Shown here: in pieces, positions 41,923 through 51,704 of the stretch
Layout: each line of letters starts with the position of its first letter
Numbering within the stretch: the first letter of the stretch is position 1
From: Thecamonas trahens ATCC 50062
Taxonomy: Eukaryota > Protista > Apusomonadida
Reading direction: 5' to 3'
Length of the DNA: 64,000 bases
Assembly (NCBI RefSeq): GCF_000142905.1
Contig: NW_013657631.1
Location: forward strand, 146,211 to 210,210
Made by a program: the position numbers and the translations under genes
Notes under the pieces: generated by a model
What the model saw: only the letters and a program-made list of their open reading frames with translations
Told to the model about the DNA's origin: nothing
Databases searched by the model: none

Positions 41923-42761
41923 ATGGCCAGCGGACGGAAGGCCCTCCTCGCAACGCGGCTTGAGCACATTGTGGCCGAGACGGACGAGGCGCATGCAGGG
42001 CTAGTGTGGGTGACGCTCAATCGGCCCGAGGTCCGCAACGGGCTCTCGTTCGAGCTGGTGGCCGAGCTGCATGCAGTGCTTGATGAGCTGGCGGGCCCGA
42101 GCCGGGAGACGGCGCGGGTGGTCATCCTCAGCGGGGCGGGCAAGGGCTTTTGCGCCGGAGCAAATCTCAAGTCGCTGATGAGCAAGGTTGCCGACTACCA
42201 GCTGGAGGACCAGAGGACCATGTCGCGGCTCATTCTCAAGATCCGCGCCGCGCCCCAGATCTTCATCGCGGCGATCCATGGCGGCGCCGCCGGAGCCGGG
42301 CTCTCGCTCGCTCTGGCGTGCGATGTGCGGGTGGCGGCCAAGGACCTCAAGATGAACTGCGCCTTTGTCTTGCTGGGTCTCTCGGGCGCCGAGATGGGCT
42401 GCTCGTTCTTCTTGCCCAAGCTTGTCGGCCCGGCAACAGCCAGCGAGATGATGCTGACCGGCCGGTTCATGCACGCCGACGAAGCCGCCGCCCGTGGCCT
42501 GGTCACCAAGGTGTTAGCCGATCGCGAGGCAGCGCTTGCCGAGGCTCAGTCGTTGGCGGTGCAGATGCTGAATGCGGTGGCGCCACGCGCGCTGGTCATG
42601 ACCAAAGACGCAATCAACGCCAACGCTTTGGCGGCGCCTCGCTCGCGGCCGCCATTGCGATGGAGGACCGCCAGCAAGTTCTGTGTCTCAAAGACGATGA
42701 CTGTCTCCGTGTTGGCATCAAGTACGCCGCTCGGTTCCTTGGTCCGTCATCCAAGCTGTAG
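41923..42761 (+). CDS. Enoyl-CoA hydratase/isomerase (crotonase) with C-terminal PTS1 (SKL); frame break ~42628
   Basis: TLNRPEVRNGL, GAGKGFCAGANL, IHGGAAGAGLSLALACD, MLTGR; -1 frame gives AIAMEDRQQVL..GPSSKL*. Confidence 0.9.
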
Positions 42762-43074
42762 GCCCGTCCGCCCCGCCCCTCCCGTCCCTCGCTCCACCCC
42801 CGATCCGGACGATGATGACTTCTATGAGCAGTGCCGATGGGCGTGACAGGCATGGATGTGATTGGCATGGATGCTGTAGCCGAAGAGAGCAGCCGATGAG
42901 GCAGCACACGCAAGGATGGCCGCCAGCAGTGACGAGGCCGTGTTCCACAGGCGGCCGAACAAAGACAGCGAACAGTCAGCGAACAGACAGCGCCACCACA
43001 GAGCGAAGCGATTGCGAGCAGAGCACGAGTAGTGAATGGTGACCAGGGCGATAACCACTACACTCTGAAACAGT

Positions 43075-44222
43075 ATGGTGTTCTCGGGACGGACTCTGTT
43101 CATCACCGGCGCCTCGCGGGGGATTGGTCTGGCCATTGCCCTCCGGGCGGCCAAGGACGGCGGTACGGGACCTGGCTGATGATGGCCAGTTGGCGGATGA
43201 TGACCAGCAGGAGGACGGGGAGGGAAAGGGAGGTTGTAGAGGCTTTGATGATGCGAATGGGCGAGTGTGTGGCAAAGATTGACTGCGCATGGCGGTGGTA
43301 ATGAACTGCCACGCGATGTGTGTGTGTGCGTGTCTGTGGTGCGTGCGTTCCTCGATCGGATGAGACGGCCAAAGATCATGTGTAGACGAGGGCGATCACG
43401 GGGGCCAGACTCATCGATTGGAGCGTGACTATGCGGTTGTGCGGCTATGGGGTGTGTATGTCGGGGGTGGACAGCCAATGTGGTGGTGGCGGCAAAGACG
43501 GTCAACCCACATCCCAAGCTCGATGGGACGATCTACACGGCGGCGTCGGCGATTGAAGAGGCAGGCGGGCGGGCCATGCCGATGCAGGTGGACATTCGCG
43601 ATGCCGAGGCGGTGAAAGAGGCGATGGATCATGCGGCCAAAGTGTTTGGTGGCGTGGACGTGCTGGTCAACAACGCGTCGGCTATCTCGCTGACGGGCAC
43701 GCTCGAGACGCCGGTGAAGACCTACGATCTCATGCACGCCATCAACGCGCGTGGCACGTTTGTGACCACTCAGGCGGCACTGCCGCACCTACTCAAGTCG
43801 ACTACCGGCCCTGCGCCGCATGTGCTCAACATCTCGCCGCCGCTCAACCTCGATCCCAAGTGGTTCGCCGACCACACGGCGTACACGGCGGCCAAGTACG
43901 GCATGTCGCTCGCGGTTCTCGGTATGGCTGCCGAGTTTTCGGGCAAGGTGGCGTTCAACGCCCTCTGGCCACGCACCACCATCGCCACCGCTGCCATCAA
44001 GAACGTCATTGGCGGCGACGAGCTGATGAACCGTTCGCGCAAGCCCGACATTGTCGCAGACGCTGCCGCCATCATCCTCGCCCAACCGATCGAGTACTCG
44101 GGCAACTTTGCCATCGACGATGACATCCTCCGCGACGCTACCCTCGGTGGCGATCCATCCATTGACCTTGACTCCTACTCTGTCGTCCGCGGCGCCGATC
44201 TCCAGCCCGACTTTTCCTCTAA
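43075..44222 (+). CDS. HSDL2: Hydroxysteroid dehydrogenase-like 2 (SDR domain only); exon1 43075-43162, intron 43163-43474; frame break ~44213
   Basis: FITGASRGIGLAIA, ANVVVAAKT..HPKLDGTIYTAA, NNASAI, YTAAKYGMS, NALWPRT; corrected end PDFFL*. Confidence 0.92.
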
Positions 44223-44468
44223 GCGAGCCACGGCCCGCCGCGCTGGGCTTGTGCTTGTACCCGCTGCTGCCCACGTACTTGCTGCCCGCGGTCAAGAAGA
44301 AGCTGCCCCCCATTCCTCCCCTCCTCCCCTCCTCCCTCCTCCGTCCCTGACTTTCCCATCAACCGATATTCGACTCTTTCCTCCGATCCGCCACAACCAG
44401 CAATGTCCCCTTCCCCCCCCCCCCCCCCACTCATTGGATTGGATTGGATCGTGACCAACAGCAGGCAT

Positions 44469-46117
44469 ATGAGTGGAAGCTCGCCGCAGAGGAAGCGGGA
44501 ACGGGATGAGAATGATTCTGGGGATGATGGACCAGGAGGTGATGTGGGGTATATTGGCGGAGAGGCATCGTCGTCTATGGGTGCGTCACCGCTGAGGAAG
44601 GAGATGCCTGTGACAGAAGGGGTGGAGAGCAGGCCGGGAAGCGGAGGGAGTTGCTGGATGGGGCGCACCCGGGCGAGTACATCGACGAGTCCGTGGTGCA
44701 GAGCAGGACGACGGACGGCCTGCAGTTTGAGGATCTGGCTGAAGATGAGTTTGAGGAGGAGCTTGTGGTGGGCATCGGCGTCGACTCGGACGACGATGGC
44801 CAGGGGCCCTCGCTCGATCTGGCCCAGGTCGGCGGCATGATCGACATCTCCAACATGAGTGGCCAGGGCGCGTCGTCGTCGGGCTCCACCCCGCAGGTCT
44901 GGCGGCCCGAGGATGGCCTTGCCGAGGGCGAGCAGCTCGACTACGATCCGTCGGTGTACAACCTGTTCCACACCATGGACATGGAGTGGCCAGCGCTCTC
45001 GTTCGACATTGTCCGCGACTCGCTCGGCTACCGCCGCTCGCGCTTCCCGCACACCGTCTACGCCGTGGCCGGAACGCAGGCCGAAGACGCATCGGCCAAC
45101 GCGCTGGTGGTGATGAAGCTCTCATCGCTGGCGCGCAACGGGCACGGCGAGAAGCCCGAGGCGTCCGACGACGAGTCGGACGACGAGTCTGACGATGACG
45201 AGTTTGACATGGAGCCTGTGGTCGAGTACCGCTCGATCCCGTTCTCCGGCTGCGCCAATCGGGTCCGCTCCATGCCGCAGACGCCGACCACCATCGCCGC
45301 GTGGTCCGACCTCGGCACCGTCGCCATCTACGATCTGCAGCACTACCTCTCGGCGCTCGACGTGCCGCCGCCGCTTCCGCTCGCCCGCGAGCCCGAGCCG
45401 ATGCACGTCTTTACCGGCCACACCATGGAGGGCTTTGCGCTTGACTGGTCGCCTGTCACCCAGGGCCGCCTCCTCTCGGGCGACTGCGCCCGCAACATCC
45501 ACCTATGGGAGCCGCGCGAGTCCGGGTGGGCCGTCGACATTGCGCCGTACGTCGGCCACACCGACTCGGTCGAGGACCTGCAGTGGTCGCCGAACCAGGC
45601 CTCGGTCTTTGCTTCGGCCTCGGTCGACGGCTCGGTTGCCATCTGGGACGTGCGCAAGAAGGGCGGGCCGGCCCTCTCGCGCCCAGCCCACTCATCGGAC
45701 GTCAACGTCATCTCATGGAACCCGCTCGTCGAGTTCCTTCTTGTCTCGGGCGGTGACGACGGCACTTTTGCCATCTGGGACCTGCGCTTCTTCCAGGACG
45801 CCGACGAGGGTTACGAGCAGCGCTTCTCGTACCACTCGGCGCCCATCACCTCGGTCGACTGGCACCCGACTGAGGCCTCCTCGCTCGCCGTCTCGTCCGA
45901 CGACAACCAGATCACTCTCTGGGACCTCGGCGTCGAGGCCGACGACGAGGAGCTCCGCAACGACGCAGAGTTTGTTGCAGACTACCCGCCGCAGCTTCTC
46001 TTTGTCCACCAGGGCCTCACCGAGGTCAAGGAGATCCACTGGCACCCGCAGATCCCGGGCATGCTCATGGCCACTGGTGCCGAGGGCTTTAACGTCTTCA
46101 AGCCCATCAACTTTTAG
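44469..46117 (+). CDS. GRWD1: Glutamate-rich WD40 protein GRWD1/Rrb1 (ribosome assembly); probable frame break ~44647
   Basis: LDYDPSVYN, WPALSFD, VAGTQA, NRVRSM, EGFALDWS, HTDSVEDLQWSP, HSSDVNVISWN, PPQLLFVHQG, KEIHWHPQIPG, FNVFKPI. Confidence 0.95.
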
Positions 46118-46371
46118 CTATCTGTAGAGCTAAGCCAAGCCAAGCCAACCCCCCCATCCGATGAAAGTCACACCCCCCATTGCCCCCCTCCCCCCCCCTT
46201 CGACGAGGCTGCGACGACGAGCTGCCAGCCGACCGGCCGACCAGCCGACCAGCCGCCTGCCCCGGCCGGCCGGCGAGCGGCCCGCCCCGCCCACCCACTC
46301 ACCCCAGCCATCGACGAGGGGCTCGACGTGCTGTGGGCGACCTTCACCCCACTCAGTGCCACCGCACAAAG

Positions 46372-47816
46372 ATGTTCACCCGTGCTGCGCGCGCGATCAT
46401 CCCTTCGTACGTACCGGCATGCCCACTACCACCACAGCATGCTTTGGTCCCTTCAACACTACCACCATGGCCATCCCCCTAGTCAGCGCATTGGCTGCTG
46501 GCTGTGGGCAAAAAATATGCCTCGGGGACCACCAACGCTCCATCCTCAGCCGCATGGTCTTCCCACCTCCATACCACACGGACGAGCCCTTCCCGCACGC
46601 CCCCTCCCCCCCTCCCCCCTGCCCAACACCCGCACACATGCCCCTACCCAGTAGCGCACCCACCACAATAATCTCCCTCCTCCTAGCGGTGTTCTCCCCC
46701 ACCGCCCCCCCCCCCCCCTCCCCGCCACCCACCGCCCGTCCTTCTCCCGTCGGTCGTCACCGCCCATTCGGTGCAGTCATCCCTGGACTGACGGCCCCCC
46801 CCCCCGGCATTGAGCCCCGCCGCCACCCACCACCGCGACCACCATGGCCATTGCCACCCCCACTGCTACTGCCACCACTGGTGTACTTGTGTTTGTTGTG
46901 GAGACTCACCGGGTGCTATGGCTTGACCATGTGGTATTGGACGTGTTTTTGGCTCTACAGGGCTGCGGCTGCCGTCCCGCAGAACGCCCGTGGTATGGCT
47001 ACGCTGCAGGAGATGAAGCGCCGGATTGAGTCTGTCTCCAACATGGCCAAGATTACCTCGTCGATGAAGATGGTGTCTGCGGCCAAGCTCCGCCGTGCTG
47101 AGGACGCCATGAAGCCGGCTATGGCGTACGGCAAGGCCTCGGCTGCCCTTCCCGAGCTGGTGGGTGAGCCCGAGGAGAAGCCCGAGACCCGCCTGGTGGT
47201 GGCCATCTCGTCGGACAAGGGTCTGTGCGGTGCGGCCAACTCGGTCATTGCCCGTGAGGCCATTGCCATCATGGAGGAGGACAAGGCTGCCGGCGTGCAG
47301 ACGGTCATCGCCAACGTCGGCGACAAGGCCCGTGCCACCCTCACCGCCAAGGGCGTCGAGGTTGAGCACGGCTTCTCCGAGTTTGGCAAGTCGGCCTTTT
47401 CGTTTGCGCAGGCGGCGTACATTGCCGACATCCTGCTCAACGAGGTCGAGTTTGACATTGCCACCATTGTCCACAACGAGTTTGTCAACGTCATCACGTA
47501 CAACACCGTCCGCAAGTCGGTCCTTGGGCCGGAGAAGATGGCCGAGCAGACGTCTGCGGCCCTCGGCCACTACAACATGCGCGGCGACCGCCACCTCATG
47601 GAGAACTACGCCTCCTTCCACCTCGCCAACGCCATCTTCTCGGGTGCCCGCGAGGCTGCCGCCGTCGAGTTTGCCCAGCGCATGTCCGCCATGGACTCGG
47701 CCTCCACCAACGCCAAGGACATGATCGAGCGCCTCGAGCTCCAGTACAACCGTACTCGCCAGGCTGTCATCACAACCGAGCTGTGCGAGATCATTGGCGG
47801 TATGTCGGCTCTTTGA
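46372..47816 (+). CDS. ATP5F1C: Mitochondrial F1 ATP synthase gamma subunit; exon1 46372-46406, intron 46407-46960
   Basis: RGMATLQEMKRRIESVSNMAKITSSMKMVSAAKL, SSDKGLCG, RMSAMDSASTNA, YNRTRQAVITTEL; presequence MFTRAARAIIPS|AAAAVPQNARG. Confidence 0.97.
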
Positions 47817-47826
47817 TTGTTGCAAC

Positions 47827-47829
<3 letters not shown>

Positions 47830-47869
<40 letters not shown>

Positions 47870-47889
47870 ACACACACACACACACACAC
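47830..47889. repeat. (CA)n microsatellite
   Basis: Directly visible. Confidence 0.97.
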
Positions 47890-47897
47890 TTGCCCGC

Positions 47898-49160
47898 TCA
47901 TCCCCGGTGTGCCCACCCGCTCCGCCGCACCGCCCGCCGCCACGCCTCCGACGGCCTCGGATGCGGTCTCGTTGCTCCGCTTGCGTCCTCGGGCAGGATC
48001 CAAGCGTCGACTCGATCAAAGTACGCCCGCAGCTCAGCAGCTTGCGCCTCCCACTCGTCACCGGGAGCGCCAACCGGCTGCATCGATGGCGCCCGTGAGA
48101 CCGATGCCGTTCGCGACCGAGCGCGATTTGCAGGCGGCTGCCAGTCCAGCGCTAGCACGCCCTGCGGCGGGGCTGCGAGAGCAGGCGGAGTCACGACGCT
48201 CGTCGGCCGCTGACGCACACGTCGTTCGAGAATCCTCCCCCGGCGGCGGGAGGCAGTGGCCGCCATCTCGATCAACTCGGGCGACGACGAACTTGCAGCC
48301 ACCGACTCGTTGCAGATCGAGACCGAGCTCGGCGAAGTTGAGCTTGAAAAGACAAAGGCAGGCATGACCGGGCTCGCGCCTGCGCTGGGCGCGGGGCTGG
48401 GCGCCGGCGACGCGCTCGAGCTCGACGAGCTGGCAGCAGCCATGGCGAGCTTGCGCTTGCGGAGCTGCTTGCGCTTGCGCGGACGGCCACGACGGACATG
48501 GCGCCACAGGTCTGCGGGCGGGCGTGCAATGTGCTGCATCTGGTCGCGGATGCGCTGGCGCTCGGCGGCGCGCTCTGCCTTTCGGCGCGCCACCTTCCGC
48601 CGCCGCGAGAGCGAGCGCGGCGACGGGCGGCTTGGCACGGGCTCGATCGAACCTGTTGCCGAGCGCGAAGCCGACGCCGACGATGCCGTCGCGGTCATCG
48701 TCGACGAGCCGGCTGCCGGCTTGGGTGGCCGCCCGAGCTTCTCGCTTCGCCGCCGCGACGACGCCGAGCCGCCTGATGAGGCCGAGAGCGAAATTGACGG
48801 CCTTTTGCGGAGCCGCCGGACACCGAGCTTGCCGGTCTGCGAGGCGCGGGGCGGGCGTGGGCACGGAACAGGCGGGCGAGCGCGGGTGTTGGTCACATCA
48901 CCAAGTGGAGCACCATGCGCGCGGCCTCGCGGTAGCGGCAACTTGCTTGATGTGGCAGCACGCCGGGCGTGTGCGGCGGAGGGCGGGGCAAGACGCGGGT
49001 GATCGCGATCATGATCGCGGCGGTGGGCAGAGGCAGACGACCAGGGACGGCCTGCAAAGGAGGAGAAAGACGAGAAAGAGAAAGACGGCGACGATGACGA
49101 CGGCGTGGGCGAGGTGCGACTCGTGGCTGACGACTTTGTGGCTGTGTGGGGGTGGGGCAT
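47898..49160 (-). CDS. Sororin-like basic, disordered protein
   Basis: D-box-like APLGDVTN; near-C-terminal DEWEAQAAELRAYFDRVDAWILPED resembles the sororin C-terminal motif. Confidence 0.55.
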   Translation of the reverse strand: MPHPHTATKSSATSRTSPTPSSSSPSFSFSSFSSFAGRPWSSASAHRRDHDRDHPRLAPPSAAHARRAATSSKLPLPRGRAHGAPLGDVTNTRARPPVPCPRPPRASQTGKLGVRRLRKRPSISLSASSGGSASSRRRSEKLGRPPKPAAGSSTMTATASSASASRSATGSIEPVPSRPSPRSLSRRRKVARRKAERAAERQRIRDQMQHIARPPADLWRHVRRGRPRKRKQLRKRKLAMAAASSSSSSASPAPSPAPSAGASPVMPAFVFSSSTSPSSVSICNESVAASSSSPELIEMAATASRRRGRILERRVRQRPTSVVTPPALAAPPQGVLALDWQPPANRARSRTASVSRAPSMQPVGAPGDEWEAQAAELRAYFDRVDAWILPEDASGATRPHPRPSEAWRRAVRRSGWAHRG

Positions 49161-49274
49161 GGCGAGATCGGGGGCGGAGAGTGTTCACAAGAGAGCAGCA
49201 TGCCTCGGCACGGCCTTTTCCGGAAAACGGCAAAAGGCCCGGCAGCGTCCGGGGCGGGGCGGGGCGGCGGGCGA

Positions 49275-50113
49275 TCATGCGTCGGCGGCGAGCGGAGCGG
49301 GAGCAGCGGCGGGCGCGCCGGTAGAGGGGGCGGCAAAGACGTCGTCTGCGGAAAAGATCGCCTGCGGCGGGACGAGGCAGGCCGAGGGATCATCGTCTGC
49401 GGCGGCTGCGGCGGCCTTCTTCTTGCGGGAGAAGAACGAGGTGAGCTTGCGGGTGAGCTTGGAGGCAACGCGCTGCTCCGAGGCTGTGACAGCGGCATCG
49501 ACGGCGTCGACTGAGGCCTCGATGCGAGCCACTAGGGCGACGAGGGCATCTAGCTGAGCATATGTCTGCTCCAGACCCTGGAGATGGACTTTCAGTGCGG
49601 GAACAATGTCCTTGGTCTGGTTGGTGTCTGCCGTCAGCGACTCAACCATCAGCCCAAGCTCATCCAGCCTTGCCAGCATAGTCTCGATGGCGCCTTCCAC
49701 TGCCGCTGCTTGTTCGGTCGGATCCATGTCCATGATGTGCCCGTAGTCGACGCAGCTCTCCTCGAGCAGGCTCACCATGTCCACTGCACACCCACCCACC
49801 CACACCCACGCATGCACACGCATGAGCGCGCGTACACACGTTCGCTGTGTGAGTCAAGGTGTTACGCCCCTCCTCCCCTCCCCTCTCTCCCCCCTTCCCC
49901 TCCCTTGGTCGTACCCTTGGTCACGCCCGTGGCGGTGGCCTCGGACGGAGCGTATGGAGCCGGCTGGACGACCCCGACTTCCCCACCGTCTTCCTCAGCA
50001 TGTTCTGGAAGTGCGGGTGTGAGTGTGGATGGCTCTACGGGATCTGCACCTGGTGTGGCCGTGGTCTCTGCTGGTGTGACTTTGGCTGCTGCTGCTGCGG
50101 GGGTGGTGGCCAT
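49275..50113 (-). CDS. BLOC1S4: BLOC-1 subunit 4 (cappuccino/BCAS4)-like coiled-coil protein; exon1 50113-49915, intron 49914-49784
   Basis: AIETMLARLDELGLMVESL, LEQTYAQLDALVALVARIEASVDAVDAAV; G|GTACGA..GCAG|TG restores the frame. Confidence 0.65.
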
Positions 50114-50264
50114 GGTGGGTGGGCGACTCGGGCAGACAGCGTCAGGTGGCAGGCCAAGCCGAGGAGAGGCGGAAGACCAGCCGGACTCGAGTTGACAGCA
50201 CCACGGCCACGTGCCACGTAGTGTACGGCTACACCTCACTGTCGCACAGAGCAGCATAAGGGCC

Positions 50265-51682
50265 ATGACTGAACATAGGCCATGGGCTCGATTGGAGGTG
50301 GTCAAGGGAGAGGCAGAGGCCGTGGCAGTGGCTGGCGACGGCGTCGAGGTGGCAGGCGGGGCGCTGCGGATCTTTCGTGATGATGAGGGCGTGGTCTTTG
50401 TCAAGGCGGCGAGCAAAGGGGTCAAGGTCCGTGGAAAGGAGGTTGGGGAGGAGATGACGGCTCTGGTGGACGACGGCGATCGGATCAAGGTGACGGGCAC
50501 GGCGTGGGAGGATGGCCCGGTCGAGTATGTGGTGGAGCTGGTCGAGAGCGACGACGGCGATGACGACAGCGAGCACGGGTTTGTGACTGCTGACTACGAC
50601 ATGGGCAAGGTGCTGGGAACGGGCAACTTCGCCACTGTTCGGCTGGGCGTTTGTCGCAAGACTGGGCGCAAGGTGGCGATCAAGGTGTGTGACAAGGCCA
50701 AGTTTGCGAGGGTCCAGCACCGGGTCGGCGCGCTCCTCGACGAAGTCTCGATCCTGAGGGCACTTCAGCACCCGCATATTCTGCAGCTGTACGACTCGTA
50801 TGAGACCGAGGACCACCTGTATCTGGTGCTCGAGCTGGTGAGCGGCGGCGATCTGTTTGACCGCATTGTCGACGCCGGCAAGCTGTCCGAGGCCACCGCG
50901 CGGCGGGTGCTGCGGCAAGTGCTGGAGGCAGTGGCGTACATGCACGATGAGGGTGTGGTCCATCGCGACATCAAGCCGGAGAACATCTTGTTGGCGTCGC
51001 GCAAGGGTGTGGAGACTAAGGTCTCAGACTTTGGCATCTCGCGGATGCTCTCGGTGGAGAACGGGACGACGATGGGCACCATGTGCGGGACGCCGCAGTA
51101 CATTGCACCAGAGATTGTGGCGCGAACGGCGTACGACGCCAAGGTCGACATGTGGTCGCTCGGCGTCCTGCTGTATGTCATGCTCTCCGGCGACTACCCG
51201 TTTGTCGACAACGCGCCGCTGACGATCCCGGAGCAGATCCAGCGTGGCCTGTACTCGTTCCCGGACACGGCGTGGGGCGGGTGAGCGAGGGCGCCAAGGA
51301 CCTCTGCCGGCGGCTCATGCAGCACGATCCAGCCATTCGCTGGTCGGCGCCGCAAGCGCTGACACATCCGTGGATCCGCGGTGCTGAGCTGGTCGAGACT
51401 CCGTTCCCCGACGCCGATCCCCCGGCTTCGGCCTCGGACGACGAGTCGGGCGACAAGCGCCGAGGTGCGCCGCGGCACAAGGCTGTAGTGAGCGTGATGA
51501 TCTCGCGCGCCATTGCTGCGCTGGATGACCGCAAAGGTTCGACTGCAACGGCGATCGCCAAGTACATTGCGGCCAACTACGATGCGCCGCCCACGCGGGC
51601 GGAGCTCAAGCGGGCGTTGGCGGCTGCGACCAAGGCAGGGCGAATCACGCACTCGGGCTCGCGCTACAAGCTCGGCGGGTAG
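50265..51682 (+). CDS. Chk2/CAMK-like Ser/Thr kinase with degenerate N-terminal FHA-like region and C-terminal linker-histone (H15) domain; frame break ~51275
   Basis: PWARL; LGTGNFATV, VAIK, HRDIKPEN, DFG, CGTPQYIAPE, DMWSLG; -1 frame VSEGAKDL..ALTHPWI then MISRAIAALDDRKGSTATAIAKYIAANY..GSRYKL. Confidence 0.85.
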
Positions 51683-51704
51683 CGCTTGATGCAAGAGCAG
51701 TTGT

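Noticed and set aside
46161-46960. Long Pro-rich N-terminal extension on ATP synthase gamma (551-aa ORF)
   Set aside because: Read-through of an intron (46407-46960) that happens to be open in frame
1809-51682. Chromosome-biology gene cluster (CAP-G, sororin-like, Chk2-like)
   Set aside because: Genes are dispersed among unrelated housekeeping genes; no evidence beyond chance
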